NCBI GenBank assembly: GCA_031425655.1
Contig: JANPJS010000223.1
Coordinates: forward strand, 1 to 15,942
Direction: 5' to 3'
DNA from: Abditibacteriaceae bacterium
Lineage (GTDB): Bacteria; Armatimonadota; Abditibacteriia; Abditibacteriales; Abditibacteriaceae
DNA length: 15,942 bases
The first letter of the stretch is position 1, and every line of letters starts with the position of its first letter. The notes below the pieces were generated by a model. The model was not told where the DNA came from, ran no database searches, and saw only the letters and a program-made list of their open reading frames with translations. A program made the position numbers and the translations under genes. Positions 1 to 7,682 of the stretch are shown piece after piece.

Positions 1-27
1 AATCTTTTCTGCGGCCCCGTTGGTAAA

Positions 28-103
28 AGATTCCTCGACTGCGTTGTCCCACCCGCAAGCGGGTTCCCGGACTGCGTTTCGGCCCAACTCCGCTCGGAAT
101 GAC
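28..103. repeat. REP-like palindromic repeat (AGATTCCTCGACT...CTCCGCTCGGAATGAC) interrupted by an internal insertion; probably the right half of an inverted REP doublet truncated by the window edge
   Basis: The ends match, from memory, the reverse complement of the widespread GTCATTCCGAGCG...GAGGAATCT-type REP. AATCTTTT (1-8) is inverted relative to AAAAGATT (25-32), suggesting a partner copy just left of the window. Internal hairpin ACCCGC-AA-GCGGGT (51-64). Lies downstream of the wzc stop. Confidence 0.6.
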
Positions 104-198
104 ACACTCTCTGGCTCCAATTTGCCTCCAAAGTTGCTTAGTTTGATGACTATGGGATGAGGTAACGGCATGGCTAACTAAAACAAGTCGTTATCTCA

Positions 199-2589
199 TT
201 AGGACGGACGGGATTCGCCGTTCACCGATGGCAGATTTTTGGATTCATTTGCATCGCGCGCGGTGACAACGGCAGTTTTCACAGTGTTTTCGAGGGCGTT
301 TTCCTCATTCTGAGTGCCGTTAGACTTGTGGTAATCGCCATAGTAGCGGTATTTGTAGCCATAGTAACTGCCGAAATCAAGCGAGACTTTGTTCAGCACT
401 ACGCCCAGCAATTTCGTGCCGGTTTGCGCCAAAATCTGGCGCGTGCGCGCCACTTCGCGCTTGCCGGCCTCCTGCGCAGAAACCACGAGCAACACACCAT
501 CCACCATTGAAGCCACAAATTGTGCGTCGGCCATGGATAAGGCGGGCGGGCTGTCAATCACCACGAAGTCGGCTAATTCCGCCAGTTTTCGGATACAGGC
601 GCGGCCCGCCTGTGAGTGCAGGAGTTCAGGAGGATTAGGCGGCAGTGGGCCGCTGGTCAGCACCCGCAATCCCGGAATCGGCGTGTCCTGCAAGGCTTCA
701 TCGAGAGTTGCCAGGCCGGTGACCACGCTGGTGAAGCCGATGCGGTTCGACAGTCTCATCAAACGGTGCAAACTGGGGCGCCGCAGGTCGCAATCTACCA
801 GGATCACACTCTGGCCACTCAAGGCGGTGACGATGGCAAGATTAACCGAGCTAATGGATTTGCCCTCGCTGGGCTGACTGCTGGTCAGGGCAATGAGACG
901 CAACGGCCCGTCAATCGCCGAGAAAACGAGATTGGCGCCCAACATACGATAGCTTTCCAGCAACACCGAAGGCTGGTCGTATTGAGTAAGCAAACTCTGC
1001 TGCGTCGAATCCTTGATAAAAGGCACATGCGTCAGAACAGGCAAGTGGCTGGCGTTTTCGGCGTCCTCGTCGGTATGCACATGGTCATCCAAACGCTCCA
1101 GCAACGCCGCTAAAGCCAGTGCGATGATGAGGCCCAGCCAGACGAACATCATCAAGTTTTGCCCCTTGCGCGGGCTGATCGGGCTGCCGGGCACCGCAGC
1201 CGTGGAAAGGATGCTGGCGTTTGCCGTGCGCGCTTCTAAGCTGATGCGCAGAGTTTGATACTGCTCGTTGAGCATTTGATAAGTCTGCTGCTGCGCCGCC
1301 ACGTCGGTAGTCAGTTGGCTAAAGCGATACTCCCGCTCCGGAAGCTGCGCCAAGCGAGCGCGCGCCTGCACCGCCGTGGCGCGCAAAGCCTGCGCCCGCG
1401 CCTGCGCCGCCCAATAATCGCTCTGGGTTTTAATGATTTCCTGAGTCGTCTGTTGCCAAACGGGGTTGGCGGTTTTGTTCTGGTCGCCAATCTGCGTGGC
1501 TGTCTCGGTGCGCAGGCGGTCGGTAATGGATTTAATCTGACCGTCAATGTTTCGCACTTCCAAGCTGGCCGGAGTGAAGGTCTGCAGCACGGCCAAACGC
1601 TCAAGCTCCAACTTGGTGAGTTGCTCCTTGAGCGCCTCGACCACCGGGCGAGCCACAATCGTAGTGGACGTAATTTCAGGCGCTATTTTAGCTGCCGCAG
1701 AGCGTAGCTGGCCCAACTGCGCCGCAGTTGTTGCGCTTTGCATCTCAGCCTGCTCCAAACCTGATTCCAGTGAACCCAAACGCGCCGTGATTTGCTGAAT
1801 CTCCGTCGTCATGTCCGCCATCTGGTATTGCTGCTTGAACTTCTTAAGCGCGGTGCTCGCTTGATCCAAACGGCCCTGCACGATTTTCAATTGATCTTCG
1901 ACATATTTCGTGGCGACACGCACCTGCCCCCGATTTTGCTCACGACTTTGCTCAATATATTCGGCACTAATCGCGTTGACCATCGCCGCCGCCGCACTGG
2001 GGCTATAGCTTTGCGTGGTGATAGCAACGACATCGGTGTTCCGCACCGGTTTGAACGTCGTGCTGGAATATTCCGAGAGCGCCTGCCGATTTACCGCTGA
2101 AAGTCGGCCCAGAGCGCCTTTTTGAACCGGGGCGCTCTTGAGGATCTCGATCTGAGTTTCCAACTTGCGCGTTTGGGAGTTGCTAAAGAAATCGTTCAAA
2201 AAGGGCACGTCCTCGTTGCCGCCGCCGCGCGATGCCGTGCTAACCAAAATCGTGGCGCCTGCCTGATAAATCGGGCGGGTCATCCAAGTGGTAAGAATGC
2301 CGACGGCCATTACCAACAGAAAACCAGCGGCGATTGCTCTGCGGCGCCGAAGTAGCATTGCCACGAACTGTCGCAAATCCTGGCCTCCGACCTCCTTGTC
2401 ATAACGGCGGTTGAAGCGGTTGTCGAGAGCCGGGTAAGCGCCGTCCTCCATGTTTGAGCGGACCAACATGAGGTCTCTACCAGAGGAACCAGTGGGGCCA
2501 ACGGAACTGACTGGGCTAACAGGGCCAGCCGTCTCGTTCTCTGAATAACGCGATTGTTGAAAATTGTCGGAGTTGTGCTGACTGCTCAA
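199..2589 (-). CDS. wzc: Polysaccharide co-polymerase / BY-kinase (Wzc-type tyrosine autokinase, GumC family)
   Basis: Two TM helices (AIAAGFLLVMAVGILTTW; LMMFVWLGLIIALALAALL) flank a long coiled-coil periplasmic region. Proline-rich PGSPISPRK precedes TM2. Walker A SSQPSEGKS, A' ILVDCDLRRP, Walker B VVIDSPP, C-terminal Tyr cluster YYGYKYRYYGDY. The start is uncertain (TTG at 2589 or a downstream ATG). Confidence 0.93.
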   Translation of the reverse strand: MSSQHNSDNFQQSRYSENETAGPVSPVSSVGPTGSSGRDLMLVRSNMEDGAYPALDNRFNRRYDKEVGGQDLRQFVAMLLRRRRAIAAGFLLVMAVGILTTWMTRPIYQAGATILVSTASRGGGNEDVPFLNDFFSNSQTRKLETQIEILKSAPVQKGALGRLSAVNRQALSEYSSTTFKPVRNTDVVAITTQSYSPSAAAAMVNAISAEYIEQSREQNRGQVRVATKYVEDQLKIVQGRLDQASTALKKFKQQYQMADMTTEIQQITARLGSLESGLEQAEMQSATTAAQLGQLRSAAAKIAPEITSTTIVARPVVEALKEQLTKLELERLAVLQTFTPASLEVRNIDGQIKSITDRLRTETATQIGDQNKTANPVWQQTTQEIIKTQSDYWAAQARAQALRATAVQARARLAQLPEREYRFSQLTTDVAAQQQTYQMLNEQYQTLRISLEARTANASILSTAAVPGSPISPRKGQNLMMFVWLGLIIALALAALLERLDDHVHTDEDAENASHLPVLTHVPFIKDSTQQSLLTQYDQPSVLLESYRMLGANLVFSAIDGPLRLIALTSSQPSEGKSISSVNLAIVTALSGQSVILVDCDLRRPSLHRLMRLSNRIGFTSVVTGLATLDEALQDTPIPGLRVLTSGPLPPNPPELLHSQAGRACIRKLAELADFVVIDSPPALSMADAQFVASMVDGVLLVVSAQEAGKREVARTRQILAQTGTKLLGVVLNKVSLDFGSYYGYKYRYYGDYHKSNGTQNEENALENTVKTAVVTARDANESKNLPSVNGESRPS

Positions 2590-2683
2590 ATTAGTGATTT
2601 CCCGTAAAAAACTCTTGGGGGGTGGCGCGTAAAACCGTGTGGCTTAAACAAAATTTATCTCATTTGCAAATTGACCAAAACCA

Positions 2684-4678
2684 CTACGGAAATATAGCGC
2701 CGAACACACCCACAGTGCTGATAAGGCTGGTGAACTTCTGCCAAAAGGAGCGTGAAACCTTGCCCGGCGGCACATAAAGCACGTCCCCGTCCTGCAACGG
2801 CTGGTTCAGAGCCTTCAGGTCACCGGTGGCAACCTTGCTAAGCGAAAGAATTTGCGTCGTTGCACCTTGCGGCGTCTGGCGCACCAGAGCGATTTCATCT
2901 ACTCTGGCACGTTCCTTGGGGCCGCCTGCCTGATTCAGCGCATCGCCCACGGTCAAGGTCTCGTTTTCGGGTATAGGATAGTAGCCGGGCCGATTGACTG
3001 CCGCCATGACGCTCACGCGCATCGTGTTTTTCGGCACGACTACATAATCGCCTTCTTCGAGGACACGTTGCGGCTTGCTGCCGCCGGTGCGCAACCCGTG
3101 CATATCCACTATTTTCATGGCGCCGTTGGCCGAGGTCACGCTTACACGCGAAAGCGCCGCCATAACCGTTGGGCCACCGGCTTTCAGGATAAGCTCAGCC
3201 AGCCCGTCGGTTTCTTTCAACTCATAAGGACCGGGTCGTTCGATTTCGCCGTTGATGTAAATAAGCGGAGTCTTGCGCGCTGTGACACTGATCAAATCTC
3301 CATCCAAAACCGTCTCGTCCAAGCTGGGATCAACCAATTCCTGCACTGCAACAGCGAGCACAGCGGTCGGAGCCGTGACCGGTGCCGTGACCGGTGCCGC
3401 GTCCGCTGTGCGCGGGACAGAGGGTGTAGAAACCAGAGGCGTTGGGGCAGAAGCCTTTCGGCGCGACAAAATAATGCGCGACGTTTCCGCTTTTATGCTG
3501 ATACCGCCGACTAAGGCGACCACATCGCGCAAGCGCGCAGTGTTCCCTTCGTCCAGATAATAAGTGCCGGGATTCAACACCGCGCCCAATACCGTGACAC
3601 CACGCAACTCAGGAATATCCACGAGATCGCCAGGCTGCAATGCCAGATTGCTGTCGCGGTCGCCCAAGCGCAGCACCTTGTGCAGGTTGACCTGCTGGGA
3701 AGTGCCGTCAGCGTGCTGCACGCTCACCCGTGTCAGCGCCGCTTTCCCACTGGGGCCGCCGGCTAAAATCACGGCCTCGGCGATACGCAGCGCCTTGCCA
3801 TCTTCCATCGGATAAAAACCCGGCTTTTGCACCGCGCCTAAAACCGTCACCGCATCGTTGAATTCAGGAATGTTGATGACATCGCCGGCCTGCAATGCAA
3901 GATTCTTATCGCCTGGCCGGACACTTCGCAAGTTCATCGGCACCATAGTGCCATCGCCGCGCTTTAAGGTGGCCCGTGAAAGGCCGGCGTTAGGCTTAGG
4001 ACTTCCGGCAGCGGCTATAGCTTCGGTTATGGTGCTGCCGATAGGCACTTCGACTATACCGGCATTTTGCACCTGTCCCATCACAGTCACGCGAATGGTG
4101 CGCGTGGTGAAGCGCATCGTGTCTCCGGCTTGCAAAAGCAGATTAGCCGCGTGATTACTATCGCGGAGCAAAGCGGCGAGGTCGAGCGAGATCGGCTTTT
4201 GATTGGCGCGCACTAAACTGCCGTCAATCAGTTCTGGCCGATCTGTAGTGCCGCCAGCCGCCGCCAGTGCTTCGGAGATGCGCCAGCCGGGCTTTAAGGA
4301 CACCACACCCGGCTTTGCCACAGCGCCTAACACGAAGATTTCGCGCGGACGCGGCGCCGTCAGCGTCACGATGACGTGCGGCTCGTTCATCACGACACGA
4401 AGCTTTTTGGTGATTTCGCTGGAAACTTGCTCTACCGTTTTCTTGGAAACGGTAATAGACCCAACCGACGGCAAAGAGATTTTGCCCGCTGTGCTCACCG
4501 TAATGCTGGGCACGCTCAGCTTATCCTGCCCTAAGACCGCTACCGAGATTACATCGCCCGCGTCCAGAAAATAATCATCTGCGTGCGCTACTAATCCAAA
4601 TCCGCAAAGCGCGAAGCAGATTAATAACAAAAAACTGATACGTCCAGAGCGGCGTTGGGTAGCCTCATTCAACATCAT
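2684..4678 (-). CDS. Polysaccharide export protein (Wza/OPX-like): N-terminal Poly_export domain, six SLBB/beta-grasp repeats and a C-terminal amphipathic helix
   Basis: Signal peptide ending VAHA|DD. Poly_export motif YFLDAGDVISVAV...GKISLPSVGSI. Six repeats of the pattern V.V.G.V..PG.Y.L.......EA...AGG. C-terminus SFWQKFTSLISTVGVFGAIFP. Adjacent to wzc. Confidence 0.88.
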   Translation of the reverse strand: MMLNEATQRRSGRISFLLLICFALCGFGLVAHADDYFLDAGDVISVAVLGQDKLSVPSITVSTAGKISLPSVGSITVSKKTVEQVSSEITKKLRVVMNEPHVIVTLTAPRPREIFVLGAVAKPGVVSLKPGWRISEALAAAGGTTDRPELIDGSLVRANQKPISLDLAALLRDSNHAANLLLQAGDTMRFTTRTIRVTVMGQVQNAGIVEVPIGSTITEAIAAAGSPKPNAGLSRATLKRGDGTMVPMNLRSVRPGDKNLALQAGDVINIPEFNDAVTVLGAVQKPGFYPMEDGKALRIAEAVILAGGPSGKAALTRVSVQHADGTSQQVNLHKVLRLGDRDSNLALQPGDLVDIPELRGVTVLGAVLNPGTYYLDEGNTARLRDVVALVGGISIKAETSRIILSRRKASAPTPLVSTPSVPRTADAAPVTAPVTAPTAVLAVAVQELVDPSLDETVLDGDLISVTARKTPLIYINGEIERPGPYELKETDGLAELILKAGGPTVMAALSRVSVTSANGAMKIVDMHGLRTGGSKPQRVLEEGDYVVVPKNTMRVSVMAAVNRPGYYPIPENETLTVGDALNQAGGPKERARVDEIALVRQTPQGATTQILSLSKVATGDLKALNQPLQDGDVLYVPPGKVSRSFWQKFTSLISTVGVFGAIFP
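3372..3399. repeat. In-frame 12-bp tandem duplication (GCCGTGACCGGT x2 + GCCG) encoding APVT-APVT in a Pro/Ala/Thr linker of the export protein
   Basis: Perfect direct repeat at 3372-3383 and 3384-3395. Confidence 0.85.
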
Positions 4679-4700
4679 TTGTTCATCCTGCTATGAAACA

Positions 4701-4785
4701 GCGGCTACACCCTCGAAGAGATGTAGCCGCATCCGTTAACCTGCGAACACCGTCCGTCATCAATTGCTTGATGACGGACGGGTTC
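4701..4785 (-). terminator. Tandem intergenic stem-loops (terminator, attenuator or mRNA-stabilising structure) between the Ig-repeat gene and the export gene
   Basis: Perfect 14-bp inverted repeat CCGTCCGTCATCAA (4750-4763) / TTGATGACGGACGG (4768-4781); the loop reads GCAA (GNRA) on the minus strand. A second stem GCGGCTACA (4701-4709) / TGTAGCCGC (4722-4730) is followed on the minus strand by only a weak U-tract (TGTTTC). Confidence 0.6.
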
Positions 4786-4874
4786 TACACCTATACGTCT
4801 GGGACTACTAAGGAAAGTTACTGCACAGCGACAAGTCCAGTTTATGCCGGCAACTCCCTTCCCGTGGCGCTGTC

Positions 4875-6938
4875 CTATTCGGACGGCTCATCTTTAAACG
4901 GTTCATCGTTCGACGACCGGGTGGCAGATGGCCGAAGCCGATTCTGCACGGGGGCCGGGGCCTCTACGACGCGCAGGTTGAGAATAATTCGGCCTTTGTT
5001 GCCGGCATTGTCAAAGGCTTCAAGGATCAACTGGTAATCGGAGGGGATCAAGTCTGTCGCGGCATTCGTGCCAGGTTGCGGCAAGTCATCGCTTACCAAC
5101 CAGTTGTCAGTGCCCACAGCGGTCAGGCGAGGCTGGGCGGGTAACGCGACCCATTGATGTGTCGTGCCGTCCCACGTCATCTGGTCGGCGTAACGGTAAA
5201 TGCCGACCTTAACGACGCTCAGACCACTCTCTGCCGTAATGCCCGCAATATCCTCCGCAGTGCCGGCAATGGCAGTCAAATCGGTAACCGTCATGCCGCT
5301 GAAGTGCGAGTCGCAGGATATGCTTGGCGCGCTCGTGTCAACAGTTACAGCCGCTGTCGCAGTCAGTGACTGGTTTCCGGCCCGGTCAGTAGTAACCGCT
5401 GTAATCGTGTAGCCGCCATCAATTTCCTGAGTTGGCGGTAGCTGCTGCGTGCGCGCCCATGTGCCGGAAAGATCGCCGTTAGCCACGTTCATGCTGGTTG
5501 TCAGCAGAGTTGTTGGAGCCGCCCAACCCGTGCCATTCCAGTAAAAGTCATCTGAGTCACGCTGAATCTGTAAATTGACGGAAGCCACGTTCAGGCCGCT
5601 GGAGCTACCGTTGGCAGCAGCGACATCCGTAGTTGTGCCCCGGATACTTTCCAGATGACGGATGCTCGTGCCGTCGCTGGGAACGGTGATGATGGGAGCC
5701 GCAGGCGCTACGCGATCAAACTCAATGACTTGGAGAATTTGAGATTGGTTACCCACTTTATCCGTTACCTTGACAATGACGTTGTATTTGCCGTCCGTCA
5801 AGTTCGCGCCGCTCAGGTTCGGATTACGAGTCCAAGTCAGCGGCGTGGTGTTGAGGGTCAGAGCTGCCGTCAATTTGCGCGAGGCGTAATTTGCATCGGC
5901 TGAAGTAACGTAAGTGTTACCATTCCAAAATGCCCCGATCTGTTGGCCAATCGGACGGCGGAAAATTTCAACCGTAACCGCACCGGCGGCAAATTTGCTT
6001 CCCCCCAGATTGTCATCCATAGTGCCCGACAATGTGGGAAATGACGTGGCATTGGTGATAGTCGGCAAGACGGAGGTGATTGCCGCTGTCGGCGGGGTGC
6101 CATCCACAGTAATGTTCAACAGGTCGGCTCTGGTAGACGCATTGCTGGCGATATCAGTGGAAACGGCAAAGAAGTCATAGTTACCGTTTTCGGTAAGCGG
6201 CGTCGGCGAATTGTAAGTCCACGTCGTCGGCGTCGTGAGAGTAGCAGTTAATACTGGCGCAGCAGCCAGATTAGCGGCTGTTACGAAAGCGTTGCCGTCC
6301 CAATATCGCCCGGCGCTAGGGCCGAGAACCTGTCTTATTTGCACTTTGACGTTAGAAACACCGCTCAAAGCGTCAAACGCAGTGCCTTTCAAAGTCGGGA
6401 AAGGCTTAAAAATCGCACCGGACGGCGCAGGTGGAGTGCCCCAAGCCACAGTAGGCCTCACCTTGTCAATGATGATAGTGTCCACGTCTTCAGCCGTATT
6501 AGGCACTGCTGCGTTGTCCGTTGCCCTGGACGTGATTTCAATGCTATCTCCATCGTTAAGCGCGGCGAGCGGGGGATTGACGTTTTTGATCCAAGTGCGG
6601 TTCATAGGCGGATTCGTGCCACCATTAAATGTCGCGACGAACACCGAGGAAGCGACAGCAGGACTAGTTGGCGGCATAGCCAAAGAGAAGCTCGTCCCAT
6701 TCCAATACAGTCCGGCACGGCGGTAGAACACTTCCACCTTGACCACGTTGGTGTCATCGGTCGCCACACCAGCCACACTGTCAAGACTCTTGTGATAGCT
6801 GGGGGGGGCTACGATAGCCACACCTGTGACGTTCACGTTAGTGACCGTGGTCTGTGCGAAAGCGGGGGCCGCGTAGCTTGCCAACATGGCGCCGAACGCG
6901 AGCACTGGCTTTCTCATTGCTCTTTCAAAACTGTTCAT
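4875..6938 (-). CDS. Secreted protein with five tandem bacterial Ig-like repeats (putative surface/matrix protein), 687 aa
   Basis: Start reassigned to ATG 6938, with SD AGGAGG 4 nt upstream. Signal peptide ending APAFA|Q. Thr/Ala/Val-rich. Five ~125-aa units with G.a.D...sG...V.V.i...[YFT]W[ND]G...W...Y...a.D.aGN and D...P linkers. Confidence 0.85.
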   Translation of the reverse strand: MNSFERAMRKPVLAFGAMLASYAAPAFAQTTVTNVNVTGVAIVAPPSYHKSLDSVAGVATDDTNVVKVEVFYRRAGLYWNGTSFSLAMPPTSPAVASSVFVATFNGGTNPPMNRTWIKNVNPPLAALNDGDSIEITSRATDNAAVPNTAEDVDTIIIDKVRPTVAWGTPPAPSGAIFKPFPTLKGTAFDALSGVSNVKVQIRQVLGPSAGRYWDGNAFVTAANLAAAPVLTATLTTPTTWTYNSPTPLTENGNYDFFAVSTDIASNASTRADLLNITVDGTPPTAAITSVLPTITNATSFPTLSGTMDDNLGGSKFAAGAVTVEIFRRPIGQQIGAFWNGNTYVTSADANYASRKLTAALTLNTTPLTWTRNPNLSGANLTDGKYNVIVKVTDKVGNQSQILQVIEFDRVAPAAPIITVPSDGTSIRHLESIRGTTTDVAAANGSSSGLNVASVNLQIQRDSDDFYWNGTGWAAPTTLLTTSMNVANGDLSGTWARTQQLPPTQEIDGGYTITAVTTDRAGNQSLTATAAVTVDTSAPSISCDSHFSGMTVTDLTAIAGTAEDIAGITAESGLSVVKVGIYRYADQMTWDGTTHQWVALPAQPRLTAVGTDNWLVSDDLPQPGTNAATDLIPSDYQLILEAFDNAGNKGRIILNLRVVEAPAPVQNRLRPSATRSSNDEPFKDEPSE

Positions 6939-7015
6939 AATTCCTCCTGAATGTGTGGCATAACAAAGAGATTGTCCATGCCTTATTACTTGTGCCTTGT
7001 CATTATAACCCATTC

Positions 7016-7657
7016 TTATTTAGTCGAACCCATGGGCTTCATGACCTGGTTCAGCGCCGTGGCCATCTTTTCCAGACTGCTCACAGCTTTGTCAATTGCG
7101 TCATAGGTTTGTTTAATGCACAGCATTTGCGGAGGAGATGCACCGCCACTCAGCGCATCAGTCGCCTGAAGCAAAGCCATCAAGTCGCCGCGCAAGCTTC
7201 TCATAGCCTTAGCCGTTTGATAAATAGCAGTCCTGCTGACTTTACCATCCGCCGGCAGAATGCCCTTGCCGCTCTTGTTCAACTTGGCAATATCCCCGGT
7301 AACTTTGTTCATTGCCTGATGGTATTGCCGCACCATGGGCGAATCCGGGAAGTTGGTGGTCACGCATTGGTCAGCCGCAGCAAAATCGCTGGCGGACAAT
7401 CCCATCGCGCCGGTTGACAGGTCTTGAAGGGCGCCTTGCATATCCGCCGGCAATCCGGCAAAGCCGCCGCCGAAGGCGAATTCGTTGGCGCCGGATGTCG
7501 TAGCCAGATGCGTCACGACGCCACCTGTTACATTGGACTGAAACCCACCCTGCTGCGCCATGGCCACGCCGCTGACCATGATGTTGGCCAGCAGGCACGT
7601 TGCCACGGATAGACGCTTTGCCAGTCGAGAAAAACGCTGATCGTTCATTGTTTGCAT
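7016..7657 (-). CDS. Secreted hypothetical protein, predicted mostly alpha-helical, 213 aa
   Basis: GGAG SD 6 nt upstream of the ATG. Signal peptide ending VAMA|QQ. Amphipathic helical C-terminal half; two Cys in the mature region. Co-oriented and 25 bp from the upstream gene. Confidence 0.8.
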   Translation of the reverse strand: MQTMNDQRFSRLAKRLSVATCLLANIMVSGVAMAQQGGFQSNVTGGVVTHLATTSGANEFAFGGGFAGLPADMQGALQDLSTGAMGLSASDFAAADQCVTTNFPDSPMVRQYHQAMNKVTGDIAKLNKSGKGILPADGKVSRTAIYQTAKAMRSLRGDLMALLQATDALSGGASPPQMLCIKQTYDAIDKAVSSLEKMATALNQVMKPMGSTK

Positions 7658-7682
7658 AGTTTACTCCAGTTGAAAACCAGAT

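Noticed and set aside
4693..5037. 114-aa plus-strand ORF
   Set aside because: It spans the two hairpins, is antisense to the end of the Ig gene, and has no recognisable motif.
6939..7013. Longer ORF-track starts for the Ig gene (7013), the barrel (8675) and SASA (13445)
   Set aside because: Downstream ATGs have better SD or spacing and place the signal peptides at the N-terminus.
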